Shown here: positions 21,509 through 31,720 of the stretch, piece after piece
Position numbering within the stretch: the first letter of the stretch is position 1
Layout: each line of letters opens with the position of its first letter
Origin: an uncultured bacterium
Lineage (GTDB): Bacteria; Patescibacteriota; Minisyncoccia; Phycocordibacterales; CAIZLB01
DNA: 64,000 nt
NCBI GenBank assembly: GCA_903933735.1
Contig: CAIZLB010000006.1
Location: 3,750-67,749, forward strand
Reading direction: 5' to 3'
Notes under the pieces: generated by a model
The model's database searches: none
Seen by the model: the letters and a program-made list of their open reading frames with translations, nothing else
What the model was told of the DNA's origin: nothing
Position numbers and translations under genes: made by a program

Positions 21509-22219
21509 TTAGAATTTCAGACTTGTACCCAGTCCTAGCACGAATCGCTCCTTGCGAGCATCATCGGTCCAGAGAGGGACACAGCCGGCAATAGAGAGGC
21601 TGACACTCAGACCATCGCTGACTTTGTAGTTGAGCCCTGTTGAGATGCTGGGAATGACCCCGCTATCATTACCGAACCCCCCATCGTCATAAATGAGCTT
21701 AAGCGTCACAGGAACCGACCATTTGTCCGTGACTTTGAATGTCTTGTTTGCCATTGGGCCAACGAGCCATCCGCCTTCGCTCCCGTCGATCGGGAGATAG
21801 ACGCCGATCTTTAAGCCGATGTCCCACCCGAAGAATTCGTGAGAGATGACCATCTTTGGATACCAGATGTCGGGGAAGTTTGCTTCCGGCTCGTAGAAAT
21901 AGATCAGAGCTATGTTCATCTTGAATCCGTAACCGATATCACCAGACCATCCAAGACTGGGATCGATCTCGTCGCCGAGGTCATTACCCCAGCTTGATTC
22001 CGGTGAGGTCGAGAACCATAGGGATGCATAGATCCCATTCTGGAACGTCGCCGTGATGTCACCTTGGATGACAGGTTCGTCGTGGAACAGCCCGGCATTG
22101 TCCATCAGGACGTAGGAGCTTTTCCAGTCGAGGTTGGTTGTGAAGTTTTGAGCTTGCGAGTTACCCATGAAAGCGATAAGGATCGCGACCATGGCCAATA
22201 GTTTGCTGATGATGTTCAT
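21509..22219 (-). CDS. hypothetical secreted beta-rich protein (outer-membrane beta-barrel-like, C-terminal Phe), high-GC islet gene
   Basis: Signal peptide; alternating hydrophobic pattern; ends ...GTSLKF; segment about 50% GC versus about 30% in surroundings. Confidence 0.45.
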   Translation of the reverse strand: MNIISKLLAMVAILIAFMGNSQAQNFTTNLDWKSSYVLMDNAGLFHDEPVIQGDITATFQNGIYASLWFSTSPESSWGNDLGDEIDPSLGWSGDIGYGFKMNIALIYFYEPEANFPDIWYPKMVISHEFFGWDIGLKIGVYLPIDGSEGGWLVGPMANKTFKVTDKWSVPVTLKLIYDDGGFGNDSGVIPSISTGLNYKVSDGLSVSLSIAGCVPLWTDDARKERFVLGLGTSLKF

Positions 22220-22450
22220 ACGTTGCTGTTTGTCTGCTTTGACTTGATTATTATAGCATTTTTGTGCGATAAGTCAAGCTAAGCTTTTTGTTCTTCTGTA
22301 CCCACTGTGGATACATATACAAATATAATATAAATACAATTATCTGCTTGAGATTTTTATTAAAAATACGTATATATTACAAATATCTTGATATCTAAGG
22401 ATATTTTTATGATGATTGTCTAACTGTGATTGGACAATTTATAATTTTAT

Positions 22451-23167
22451 TTAATTTTTCACCCCAGAACCAATAGCGTCCATATAATGACGATTATCTA
22501 CAATGCAATCCTTAAACTCTATATTTTGTAAATCTTTAATAAAAGCATCTTCATATAAAACTCTATTCACATCTTCATCTTCCACATAATGATCAGTCCA
22601 ATCTTTTTTCAATTCAGGACGTCCAATGTTTTCAAATGCGTCAAATTGTTTAAGCTGCCAATCTAGATTACTTTGATGTAAATCTTTGTCTGATACAGCA
22701 TATTTATCACCATTTACAAATATTCCACCAGATTTTAACACTCTATATATTTCCGAATATATCTTACTTCTAAATTCTGATTGTAGATTGTGTAATACCC
22801 AAACAGAAATAACAGCATCAAAAGTATTTGATTCTTGTTGTTTTAAATATTCTAATGCATCTATTGTATGTAAACTAAATCTCTCAGGTGAAAAAGATTG
22901 TAGTTTGGATAATGCTTTTTCTAACATCTTGGGCTCATTATCAACTCCTATTAGATTTATATTGTTAGATTGAGTCAATAACTCATGTGATGTTATGCCA
23001 GTTCCAAATCCTATTTCGAGTACATTTAATATTTTTTGATTATTAAAATGTTTAATAACTTTTTCTACGGACTTAGTCTGTATCTCATCTTGATGGGGAA
23101 GGACGAGACTAAATAAATCGTACCCTTCACCAGTTTTGTTTGAGAATCGTTGTTCATTTTGCGTCAT
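22451..23167 (-). CDS. class I SAM-dependent methyltransferase
   Basis: Motif I VLEIGFGTGITS; Rossmann-fold MTase layout. Confidence 0.7.
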   Translation of the reverse strand: MTQNEQRFSNKTGEGYDLFSLVLPHQDEIQTKSVEKVIKHFNNQKILNVLEIGFGTGITSHELLTQSNNINLIGVDNEPKMLEKALSKLQSFSPERFSLHTIDALEYLKQQESNTFDAVISVWVLHNLQSEFRSKIYSEIYRVLKSGGIFVNGDKYAVSDKDLHQSNLDWQLKQFDAFENIGRPELKKDWTDHYVEDEDVNRVLYEDAFIKDLQNIEFKDCIVDNRHYMDAIGSGVKN

Positions 23168-23222
23168 GGTTGGATTATAACATAGGGTAGGTTTGAGATA
23201 AATTTATGCTAATATTATAAAC

Positions 23223-23690
23223 ATGAATCAAGACCCCAACCCAACATTAAATACAGAATCAAATCCAAATCTTGAGCTTGTAAACTCAGCTCTTAGAAAA
23301 TTGGGTAGTAAATTAGAGTATATAAAATCACCAGATTATTTTCCTGAATACGATAAACTTAAAGGCAAAAAAATTATCATGATTGATGATGTCTTTATGG
23401 TACTTGAAAATATATTACCTGATCTTGTTGTTGCAAGTGATGGAAACGCTGAAGCTATTCACTATACGAATCAGAAATTAGAAGATTTAATTCTTGATTT
23501 GATGGATAAAAATCCTGATATATTAATATTGGATTATCATTTGTCGGATGGTTTGAAAGGGGTGGAGATAGCTATTGGATTAAAAAGACTTGGTTTCGAA
23601 GGTAAAATTGTCGGAGGGTCATCCGAATCCGATAAAGGTAAGGAGTTTATAAAAGCAGGTGCTGTAGGAAACATAGATAAAACAACATGA
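23223..23690 (+). CDS. stand-alone response-regulator receiver (CheY-like) domain protein
   Basis: KKIIMIDD acidic pocket, ILILDYHLSDG phospho-Asp region, conserved S/T and K positions. Confidence 0.55.
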   Translation: MNQDPNPTLNTESNPNLELVNSALRKLGSKLEYIKSPDYFPEYDKLKGKKIIMIDDVFMVLENILPDLVVASDGNAEAIHYTNQKLEDLILDLMDKNPDILILDYHLSDGLKGVEIAIGLKRLGFEGKIVGGSSESDKGKEFIKAGAVGNIDKTT

Positions 23691-23741
23691 CCAGTGTCGG
23701 ATGCTATTAAGCATTTGGCGGAGATGATATAATTATTTTAT

Positions 23742-24188
23742 ATGCATGAAGATTATATAAACAAAAAAACAGAAGGAAATAAATTAGAAACAATTTTGGA
23801 AGTTAATGGTGTCAAACTAGAAATAGGTCCAGATTTGGGGGATTTTCTTTGGAACGAGATATCTACAAAGCTTGCAGAGATGAATAATCAATGTAAAGAA
23901 GGTGAAGAATCATGGAGAACTATGACAGCTGATGAATTTAAAGAAATCGGCAAAGAAATAAATAAACTTTGGAAAGAGCCTGGTAGAAACAATAGAGAAG
24001 CTGTAATATCGGAGATGGTCAAAAGACTTGGTTTTAAACCAGATCATTCATATTGGGCTGGAAGTTGTTATGATGATGGGCAAGATAAGACAAATGTTTG
24101 GTCTTCAAGAACTGGTGAGATTAACTATGCGTCTAAGAAAACTAATGCTAAGGCTGGAGTTAGATTTGTGAGAGGGGTTAAGGGGTGA
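23742..24188 (+). CDS. hypothetical protein
   Basis: 148-aa ORF, no recognised domain. Confidence 0.4.
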   Translation: MHEDYINKKTEGNKLETILEVNGVKLEIGPDLGDFLWNEISTKLAEMNNQCKEGEESWRTMTADEFKEIGKEINKLWKEPGRNNREAVISEMVKRLGFKPDHSYWAGSCYDDGQDKTNVWSSRTGEINYASKKTNAKAGVRFVRGVKG

Positions 24189-24228
24189 TTGACTTTAAGT
24201 TTTATATATTTTTATAAATAAAAAAACA

Positions 24229-24260
24229 CCCGTCAACTTTCGAAGGCGGGCTTTGTTTTT
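24229..24260. terminator. hairpin with flanking A/T runs (bidirectional terminator)
   Basis: cccg...cggg stem followed by ctttgttttt. Confidence 0.4.
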
Positions 24261-24281
24261 GATAAGGAAATGATCAAGGTC

Positions 24282-24728
24282 TCATTTCCAGAGGTCTGGG
24301 AAGATGGGGTCCTTCCTCCACAGTAGAGTTAGGTATGTTCTTGAAGTAATATGAAAGAAACTTGCATATATCTCTTCTAAGGTATTGGTGATGCCACCTG
24401 TATAATGGAACGTTCTGGTCATACTCCGCATGCGAGAAGTGGCAAATGCTACTTTATCGATGGTTGGAAAAGCCCAGAATTGCTCATCTTGAATATCTGT
24501 TTGCCATCCCCGCAAGTAGATACGATTTATATCGTTTGTCATATAGCAACTAGGGAGCGACGTGTCGAGTTTTTTGACGATTCTATAACCTATCGCCATG
24601 TAGCCTGCTACAGCGACGTCATAATGCCCAGGTTCTTCTGAATTTGTGCTAACTGTAGTGTACTCGAGTGTTGCCTCTTGGGTTTTCTTAAAGACTTCTG
24701 CTAAATCAATCAGGAGTTGTGTATCCAT
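24282..24728 (-). CDS. hypothetical protein, higher-GC islet gene
   Basis: 148-aa ORF; GC-richer than flanks. Confidence 0.45.
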   Translation of the reverse strand: MDTQLLIDLAEVFKKTQEATLEYTTVSTNSEEPGHYDVAVAGYMAIGYRIVKKLDTSLPSCYMTNDINRIYLRGWQTDIQDEQFWAFPTIDKVAFATSRMRSMTRTFHYTGGITNTLEEIYASFFHITSRTYLTLLWRKDPIFPDLWK

Positions 24729-24823
24729 AGTTTTGGTTGGTGAATGTTCTGTTTAACGATGTTTACTTTAAGTTAAATATTTAATTTTGTCAAATACATC
24801 AAATCCATGCTACACTATCAAAT

Positions 24824-25930
24824 ATGAATCTCTCCATCGGCATCGTAGGCCTCCCAAACGTAGGCAAATCAACATTATTCAACGCTATAACTAAAAAGTC
24901 AGTTCCAGCTGAGAATTATCCCTTCTGTACAATAGATCCTTCTGTTGGGGTTGTTCCTGTACCTGATGAAAGATTACACCGCCTTGCAACATTTTCTAAA
25001 ACTAAAAAAACCGTACCTGCTATAGTCGAGTTTGTAGACATTGCTGGGCTTGTTAAAGGCGCTTCTGAAGGAGAAGGTCTAGGTAATCAATTCTTACAGC
25101 ATATACGCGAGGTGAACGCTATAGCTCATGTTGTGCGTATATACGAGGATACAAACCTCATACATGTCCACGGAAAAGTTAATCCTGTTGATGATATAAC
25201 TATTATAAACCTTGAACTTATATTGGCTGATAAACAAGTTGTTATAAAAAGATTATCATCCATAGATAGAGATGTTAAAAGAGGTGATAAGGAGGCTATT
25301 ATCCTAAAAGATTTACTTGAGAAAATTTTAAAGAATCTTGAAAATGATTTATTTGCCTCAAAGATAGATTTTACAGAAAATGAATTGATAGTTGTTAATA
25401 AAAATATACAACTTATAACTATGAAGCCTGTAATGTATGTTTTGAACAGAAAAAGTGGTAGTCGTAATATCATCGACGATAAAGAGGATATTAGATATAA
25501 AGAATTGATGAAATATTTTGAAGATGAAAAGGCAATATACACAACAGTTGATGCCCGTATAGAAAATGATCTTAAAGATTTTGAAGGGGAAGAAAGAGAG
25601 ATGTTTAGACAAGAACTTGGAGCAGGGCATGATGACGGTATTAATGATCTTATAAAATCAGGTTATAAGCTACTTGATGTTATAAGCTACTTTACAACCG
25701 GAGTTGAAGAGACTAGAGCTTGGACCATAAAGAGAGGTTGGACAGCGCCACTTGCGGGAACTGCTATACACACAGACTTTAAGGATAAGTTTATAAGAGC
25801 TGAAATAGTGTTTTGGAGTGATTTGATAGATGCAGGGTCATATGCTCATGCGAAGGAGAAGGGTTTGGTTCGTACTGAAGGGAAGGATTATGTGGTCCAG
25901 GATGGGGATGTTGTGGAGTTTAGGATATAA
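24824..25930 (+). CDS. ychF: ribosome-binding ATPase YchF (Obg-family)
   Basis: [18 protein letters not shown]-loop; C-terminal TGS domain ([12 protein letters not shown]). Confidence 0.92.
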   Translation: MNLSIGIVGLPNVGKSTLFNAITKKSVPAENYPFCTIDPSVGVVPVPDERLHRLATFSKTKKTVPAIVEFVDIAGLVKGASEGEGLGNQFLQHIREVNAIAHVVRIYEDTNLIHVHGKVNPVDDITIINLELILADKQVVIKRLSSIDRDVKRGDKEAIILKDLLEKILKNLENDLFASKIDFTENELIVVNKNIQLITMKPVMYVLNRKSGSRNIIDDKEDIRYKELMKYFEDEKAIYTTVDARIENDLKDFEGEEREMFRQELGAGHDDGINDLIKSGYKLLDVISYFTTGVEETRAWTIKRGWTAPLAGTAIHTDFKDKFIRAEIVFWSDLIDAGSYAHAKEKGLVRTEGKDYVVQDGDVVEFRI

Positions 25931-25994
25931 CAACACCATCTTCTAAAGAAAAAAGGACAAAAAACCCTTAAAAAACAAGAAAAAGACCAAAAGA

Positions 25995-26019
25995 ATCGTC
26001 GACGAAAGTCGGCGATTTT
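25995..26019 (+). terminator. ychF terminator
   Basis: cgtcgac-gaaa-gtcggcg hairpin followed by T5. Confidence 0.55.
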
Positions 26020-26077
26020 TATATTGCCTACCCCGTCTAAAAAGGTCGAATTTATCAACAATTAGAAGTACATCGAA

Positions 26078-26440
26078 ATGAAAGCGAAAACCAGATTTGT
26101 CCCAGCCACTCACAGGGATACGTTCCATACGAGCTTCCACGGATATCTGCATGCGTCCTATCAGGAGCTTGTGGATAAGTTAGGAATGCCGAATGACAGA
26201 ACCAAAGAGGGCGAATGGATATCGGGTGACGGAAAAGTTCGGGTCGAATGGTCCTTCAAATCCACGCATGAAAAGCGTCCTATGGTACTTACCATCTACG
26301 ACTACAAAGACCCGCGTCCGATCAATGAAGTGAACCAGTGGCATGTCGGCATAAAAGGCGAAGCCCAACAGGTAAACGAATTATTCGCACAAAAAGGACT
26401 GTATCCAACAGCACTCGAAATTCACAAGAAGTACCGCTAA
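26078..26440 (+). CDS. hypothetical protein (island-associated, higher GC)
   Basis: 120-aa ORF; no recognised domain. Confidence 0.4.
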   Translation: MKAKTRFVPATHRDTFHTSFHGYLHASYQELVDKLGMPNDRTKEGEWISGDGKVRVEWSFKSTHEKRPMVLTIYDYKDPRPINEVNQWHVGIKGEAQQVNELFAQKGLYPTALEIHKKYR

Positions 26441-26446
26441 CTAAGA

Positions 26447-26497
26447 CATTGTCCCGAAAAGGGATCGGCCGGTGCACACGGCCTGATGCTACCAATG
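26447..26497 (+). repeat. left copy of 50-nt structured direct repeat (candidate att core or RNA element)
   Basis: CATTGTCCCGAAAAGGGATCGGCCGGTGCACACGGCCTGATGCTACCAATG; about 85% identical to 60446-60495 with compensatory changes in the central hairpin. Confidence 0.6.
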
Positions 26498-26767
26498 CCC
26501 TACATCCTAAAAAAACAAAGGGTCGTGACCTATCGGAAAAACGGCATACCGGCCGTGATCCTTGAAGGGAAATGGCTCACAAAACTATATCGCATTAACG
26601 TCGGTGACGTGATCGACATAGACCATAAATGGCCACACGAGATACGAATCACAAAGAACAAAAAGCTCAGCAAGTTAAGACAAACAAAACTGAAGGAGCG
26701 AGAAGAACTTCGTAAGCAATATCTCCAAAAGCTAAAAAATAACCATGACTACACAAGCAAAAACTAA
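26486..26767 (+). CDS. putative AbrB/MazE-like (swapped-hairpin) DNA-binding protein
   Basis: VVTYRKNGIPAVILEGKWLTKLYRINVGDVIDID resembles the looped-hinge helix fold; start ATGCTACCAATG lies inside the repeat. Confidence 0.35.
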   Translation: MLPMPYILKKQRVVTYRKNGIPAVILEGKWLTKLYRINVGDVIDIDHKWPHEIRITKNKKLSKLRQTKLKEREELRKQYLQKLKNNHDYTSKN

Positions 26768-27047
26768 AGCATTAGCTCGAGAAGCGCTAAGTCTAGTGAA
26801 AGAGAAGGCTCCGGCAATAGTCGATGAGCAGATTCTTGCGCACATGCTTGATGAGGTCGCTGAATTTACAAGCGACATCATGGGCAAGCTTACTAACTTA
26901 GACGCTGACAACGAAACTAACATCACGATGGCTCACGGAATCATCTATGACGGACTTCTCAATGAAGTCGTCACTCAAATTAGAGACACAATGCATGCCG
27001 CAGCCGGAAAGAGGTTAGACAAGTTCGAAACATTATCAAAAAAATAA
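26745..27047 (+). CDS. hypothetical protein
   Basis: 100-aa ORF in phage-like early region. Confidence 0.35.
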   Translation: MTTQAKTKALAREALSLVKEKAPAIVDEQILAHMLDEVAEFTSDIMGKLTNLDADNETNITMAHGIIYDGLLNEVVTQIRDTMHAAAGKRLDKFETLSKK

Positions 27048-27163
27048 AATCCCCCCGTGAGGAGAGACTGAACCCTAGATAAGTACATTCTCCCAAAAAT
27101 TTCACGGAAAGTCAAAAGAGAGATCGCCGCCGTAACCGGCGCTTTCTCTCTTCAACCAAAACT

Positions 27164-27703
27164 ATGGAAGAAAATAAAACACTTAATTTGATACCAAACA
27201 GCACACAGCTCCCAAACCTCATCCTCGATCTGGTGGTCCCTCTAGTACCAGAGTCTGAAGCTAGATGCCTGATTTACATATGCCGAAGAACGTTCGGATT
27301 CCACAAGGGTTCCGATCGCATCAGCTTCTCTCAATTTACAGATGGAATAAAAGATCGCAGAGGCAACGTGCTTGATTACGGAACTGGTCTATCAAAGCAG
27401 GCGGTAGCAGTCGGCTTGAAGAACCTCGCACAGGCAGAAGCCATTCGGGTGATGAAAAGCAAGAAGGGAAACGTGTACGAAATAAACCTGCATATGGATG
27501 TGGATAAGGTAGTCAATTTAATAGACCAGTCTAGAAAGTTGACCAAAATCGGTCTAAAAAATAGACAACGCTTGTCCTACAAAGTAGACACACAAAACCT
27601 AGGAAATAAAGAGAAACAAAGTATTAGGGATCCTGTTGAAAACTTATCCACAGGAATAAGAGAACTTGCTCGAAAGATGACCATTAACAAATTTAGAAAT
27701 TAA
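27164..27703 (+). CDS. putative winged-helix replication or replisome-organiser-like protein
   Basis: Weak resemblance to phage replisome-organiser N-terminal HTH; position upstream of RusA. Confidence 0.3.
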   Translation: MEENKTLNLIPNSTQLPNLILDLVVPLVPESEARCLIYICRRTFGFHKGSDRISFSQFTDGIKDRRGNVLDYGTGLSKQAVAVGLKNLAQAEAIRVMKSKKGNVYEINLHMDVDKVVNLIDQSRKLTKIGLKNRQRLSYKVDTQNLGNKEKQSIRDPVENLSTGIRELARKMTINKFRN

Positions 27704-27708
27704 AACCA

Positions 27709-28113
27709 ATGAAAAAAACAATCCAATTCACAATAAAGGGAAACCCGGAAGACCTTGAAGGTAATCCGGTCCCATACGTTCGTGTGGTAGGCCGAGCGTT
27801 GTGGTTACCACACGCAAAGAAATACCACGCATGGAAAGAATATGTCCGCAGTATCTTCTACCGAAACAATCCAGAATTCTCCTCTGAAAAGGAGCAGCCT
27901 CTCACAACAAAAATATCAGAGCGTGCACGGATGTCGATAACAATCTTCTGGGTAAACGGAGTGCATGCCGATCCTGACAATGTGTTCAAGGGTCTTGCAG
28001 ATGCTTTGTTTGCCAATGACAAGTTTCTCGATGGAGCATTCGAATCTCACTATGCGTCCGATGGTAAAGGGCGGGTCGAAGTGGAGATAACGCTCAATCA
28101 TCGAAGCCAATGA
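27709..28113 (+). CDS. rusA: RusA-family Holliday junction resolvase
   Basis: About 130 aa; HADPDNVFKGLADALFANDKFLDG matches RusA catalytic D-x-D-N region. Confidence 0.6.
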   Translation: MKKTIQFTIKGNPEDLEGNPVPYVRVVGRALWLPHAKKYHAWKEYVRSIFYRNNPEFSSEKEQPLTTKISERARMSITIFWVNGVHADPDNVFKGLADALFANDKFLDGAFESHYASDGKGRVEVEITLNHRSQ

Positions 28114-29012
28114 AGTACTTCAGTTTATTCTCCGGCATCGGAGGGTTCGAATTAGGAATAAAACAAGCATATGAAATCCTGCGCACTAAGAACAAGAAAC
28201 AGAGGGTTCAAGGAATTGGAAATAAGAAAAGATCATCTAGCGAATTCCATCACCTCGGTCCAGACGGATTCACTTGTGTTGGTTACTCGGAGATCGACAA
28301 ATATGCAATCCAAATCTATGAAAAACACTTTGACCACAAAAACTTCGGAGACATCAGAAAAATCAAACCTAGGTCTATACCTGACTTTGACCTTCTTATC
28401 GGAGGCTTTCCTTGCCAGTCTTTCTCAGTCGCAGGGAAAAGAAAAGGATTTAAAGATACACGCGGCACCCTCTTTTTTGAGATTGCTCGCATCATCGCTT
28501 CCAAGAAGCCAAAGCTACTTCTCCTTGAGAACGTTAAAGGGCTTCTCTCTCACGATGTCGGGCGCACGTTCGGAACTATCCTCTCCTCATTGGATGAACT
28601 GGGGTATGACGTGCAGTGGGAAGTGCTTAACAGTAAGAACTTCGGGGTCCCTCAAAACAGAGAGCGAGTGTTTATTGTCGGACATCTTAGAAAAGACTCC
28701 AGACCGGAAATATTTTCTCTCAGAAAGGATGACACAGGGAATAGTAAACAGCATGTTTCGAAGTCGCAAACCACTCGAGGTGTCCGGAATATGTCAGACC
28801 TTAAAAGTAGGTGGCGACACTCCATGCGTATTAGAAAACTCACACCAAAAGAATGCGAAAGGCTCCAAGGATTCCCAGATGGATGGACTGAAGGAGTAAG
28901 CGACACGCAGAGGTATAAGACCCTCGGAAACGCAGTGACGGTAAATGTAGTCGCCGAGATTGTAAAACGAATCATCGGCATTGAAAAGAATAATTATGTA
29001 CAACGCAAATAA
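28110..29012 (+). CDS. DNA (cytosine-5)-methyltransferase
   Basis: Motif I FSLFSGIGGFELG, motif IV GGFPCQSFS, ENV motif LLLENVKGL. Confidence 0.88.
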   Translation: MKYFSLFSGIGGFELGIKQAYEILRTKNKKQRVQGIGNKKRSSSEFHHLGPDGFTCVGYSEIDKYAIQIYEKHFDHKNFGDIRKIKPRSIPDFDLLIGGFPCQSFSVAGKRKGFKDTRGTLFFEIARIIASKKPKLLLLENVKGLLSHDVGRTFGTILSSLDELGYDVQWEVLNSKNFGVPQNRERVFIVGHLRKDSRPEIFSLRKDDTGNSKQHVSKSQTTRGVRNMSDLKSRWRHSMRIRKLTPKECERLQGFPDGWTEGVSDTQRYKTLGNAVTVNVVAEIVKRIIGIEKNNYVQRK

Positions 29013-29379
29013 TCCAAGACACAAATTAACTCCCGACCAAATAAAGCATCTTCAGCGTTGTTTTGAGGATGAAGGGTGGAGGATTAATTGGCTCTCGGTT
29101 TATTTTGGAATCTACAAAAAGTCGGTCCTCTTTCACATCAGGTACAACGGCTGGGTCCGACGGATGAAAGTCCAACGGCACATGCCCAAGGAAATAGCGG
29201 ACATATACCGCGAACGCAGAAAGCAAAAGTACGAAATAAAACTTAAAGGAACGTACGAATTTATCAAGATGTCGGCTGAGCAGCACAGGATGGAAGGCTG
29301 CGGGCATGTCCGATGGGTTAAACGCTGCAGTCTATGCGGCCAGATACTCGGATCGGATGCGACAGACCATAAACATTAA
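28981..29379 (+). CDS. hypothetical protein (Cys/His-containing)
   Basis: 132-aa ORF; C-terminal CGHVRWVKRCSLCGQ possible zinc-binding motif. Confidence 0.35.
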   Translation: MKRIIMYNANNPRHKLTPDQIKHLQRCFEDEGWRINWLSVYFGIYKKSVLFHIRYNGWVRRMKVQRHMPKEIADIYRERRKQKYEIKLKGTYEFIKMSAEQHRMEGCGHVRWVKRCSLCGQILGSDATDHKH

Positions 29380-29384
29380 TCATC

Positions 29385-29795
29385 ATGAAAAATATAACCA
29401 ACAAAACAAAAAAAGAATTGCATCCTAATCCACTCAACCTATCGGCAAGATTCCTTGCCGCACGTCCTGATCTTGTCGGTCCTTGGATTATCGGAGCACA
29501 TAGCCTTCTTCCAATATTTAAAACTGAGCATAAGGGCGCACTCGTTGCATACCTCGAAACTGTCCAAAGGGAATTTTTTGCTGCACTCGAACATTTTTGG
29601 AAAAAGAAGCATGCCGATCAGAAGATTACATACACATTCGGAACTATCTGCCGAAACTCCAAGGGCGAGGAGCGACTCGTGATCGGTATAACTCCAACAG
29701 AAAAAGGAAAGCCAACCTACGAGTACATGGATGACAACGGCAAAGTCGGCGCATGCAACGAGTCGAGCATGATGAGCTGGATGGAAAAAAGATAA
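29385..29795 (+). CDS. hypothetical protein
   Basis: 136-aa ORF. Confidence 0.35.
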   Translation: MKNITNKTKKELHPNPLNLSARFLAARPDLVGPWIIGAHSLLPIFKTEHKGALVAYLETVQREFFAALEHFWKKKHADQKITYTFGTICRNSKGEERLVIGITPTEKGKPTYEYMDDNGKVGACNESSMMSWMEKR

Positions 29796-29805
29796 CAACA
29801 ATCAT

Positions 29806-31134
29806 ATGCAAATCACTGACGTAAAAAAATACGAAAAAAACGCAAAGGAGCATCCGGGCTTCCAACTCGAGAAAATCGCAAGCTCGATAAAAGCATTCGG
29901 ATGCAAGCAACCAATCATCCTCGATAAGGATAACGTTATCGTTGTTGGTCATGGTCGCTTTATTGCAATGACTGAACTGCTCGGCTACACGCTCATGGAA
30001 GCAAAAGCATTCACGAGAAAGGGTGAGCCTGTTATCCCCTACATGCTCATTGATGATTTGAGCGATGAAGAAATAAAAGCATATCGAATCGCCGACAACC
30101 AACTCAATGCTCTCACAGGACAAGACATGATGCTGATCACAGAGGAACTAAAGTTGCTCGACGAGTCAGGATTCGATATCACTCTCACCGGTTTTGACCG
30201 TGACATCATTCTTGAAGATGACGAGCAAGACGATGTGGTCCCTGAAGAACCGAAAGTGCCAAAAACAAAACTAGGAGATGTGTATCAGCTCGGTCCCCAC
30301 ACTATCATTTGCGGAGACTCAACAGACAAAGATGCATACGAAAAGACGGTCCAGCAAAGAAAAGCGGACTGCATATTTACCGATCCTCCATACAACGTGA
30401 ACTATTCAGGCCGTGGAAAAAATACGAGCGAAGGAATCATGAACGATGACATGGACTCCGAAGCGTTCGATTCATTTCTTGAGAAAGCATTCGGATGTCT
30501 TAGTGATGTGGCAAAGACTGGTGCAGGTTGGTATGTCTTTCATTCAACATCAACACAGGCGCAATTCGAAAAGGCACTCAAGAAGTTTGGAATGGCAATC
30601 CGGAATCAACTCATTTGGAATAAGCCAACCGCATCGATGGGATGGGGTGACTACCGATGGAAGCATGAGCCATTCTTCTACGCATCAAAAGACGGAACCA
30701 AAACAGTCTTCTACGGTGACCGCACACATTCAACAATTGTGGACTTTCATGACAGCGAACAGAAACTCATCAACTGGGCAAAGCGACAAAAGAAATTGGA
30801 AACCGAAGGCAAACTCACGATATGGACTATGAAGCGAGACAAAGTAAATGAGTACAAACATCCAACACAGAAACCTGTGGAGCTTATTACTTACGCACTC
30901 CTCAATAGCTCGAAAGCCGAGGACTTGGTGGTCGATCCATTTCTCGGAAGCGGAAGCACACTCATCGCATGCCAGAAGACAGACCGTGTTTGTGCAGGAA
31001 TAGAGCTCGACCCGAAGTTCGTAGACGTGATTGTTCAGCGATGGGTGGATTTCACCGGCATCGAACAGGTGGTCCGAAATGGGCAGCCCGAAAACTGGCC
31101 GAAAACCATCTATGAGCATGAACACCAAGAATAA
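29806..31134 (+). CDS. ParB-like nuclease N-terminal domain fused to amino-type DNA methyltransferase (N6A/N4C)
   Basis: ParB-N motif KQPIILDKDNVIVVGHGRF; MTase catalytic motif FTDPPY; AdoMet motif DPFLGSGST. Confidence 0.8.
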   Translation: MQITDVKKYEKNAKEHPGFQLEKIASSIKAFGCKQPIILDKDNVIVVGHGRFIAMTELLGYTLMEAKAFTRKGEPVIPYMLIDDLSDEEIKAYRIADNQLNALTGQDMMLITEELKLLDESGFDITLTGFDRDIILEDDEQDDVVPEEPKVPKTKLGDVYQLGPHTIICGDSTDKDAYEKTVQQRKADCIFTDPPYNVNYSGRGKNTSEGIMNDDMDSEAFDSFLEKAFGCLSDVAKTGAGWYVFHSTSTQAQFEKALKKFGMAIRNQLIWNKPTASMGWGDYRWKHEPFFYASKDGTKTVFYGDRTHSTIVDFHDSEQKLINWAKRQKKLETEGKLTIWTMKRDKVNEYKHPTQKPVELITYALLNSSKAEDLVVDPFLGSGSTLIACQKTDRVCAGIELDPKFVDVIVQRWVDFTGIEQVVRNGQPENWPKTIYEHEHQE

Positions 31135-31720
31135 TGAAAACAATCAGCCGAAAGTGCTCCTTTTGGAAGCTCCTAAGTACGTTCCAAGGAGTGAGGAAGC
31201 TTCACGCCCCGTAGAGGCAAATAAGGGCATTTCCGAGGCTCCTTCCGACCCCTCGGATGCCCGTAAATACGGGCAAAATACGGGTAATTTAGATAGAGAC
31301 CCTGTCACAGGGCAGTTCCTCCCAGGGAACTCAGGTAAGCCATTGGGAGCCAGACATTTCAGCACAATGTTCAGAGATTACGTCCGTGAGGCTGGTGCCA
31401 TTACCAAGGATGGGCAAAAGGTTGGATTCGACAAGTTGATAGTGAAAAAGATGGTGAGTATGGCAGTGGACGGAAACCTTAAGGCGGCAGGAATGGTACT
31501 CGATCGTGTCGATGGAAAAGTCCCTCAAACATTCGAGGTAAACAAGACTGAGAGAATAGGAATCCTTGTAATGACCCAACAGGAAATCGAAGACCATGAA
31601 TCAATATTCAAACGAAAATATGCAGAACCAAATACCAAAGACAATAATACCTCCAGTGACGGAGCACGGAATGAAGACACTCCGAGAGTCACGGAAGGAA
31701 GTGCGTACGAAACACACTAA
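31112..31720 (+). CDS. putative terminase small subunit
   Basis: Position immediately upstream of large terminase; basic N-terminus; start chosen at ATG 31112 to avoid overlap with upstream gene. Confidence 0.35.
   Translation: MSMNTKNNENNQPKVLLLEAPKYVPRSEEASRPVEANKGISEAPSDPSDARKYGQNTGNLDRDPVTGQFLPGNSGKPLGARHFSTMFRDYVREAGAITKDGQKVGFDKLIVKKMVSMAVDGNLKAAGMVLDRVDGKVPQTFEVNKTERIGILVMTQQEIEDHESIFKRKYAEPNTKDNNTSSDGARNEDTPRVTEGSAYETH

Noticed and set aside
25943-26152. 69-aa minus-strand ORF at the ychF/island junction
   Set aside because: It overlaps the ychF terminator and the start of a plus-strand ORF, with a low-complexity translation.
28171-28899. 242-aa ORF overlapping the C5-methyltransferase in another frame
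   Set aside because: It is an alternative frame inside a gene with complete MTase motifs, so it is spurious.
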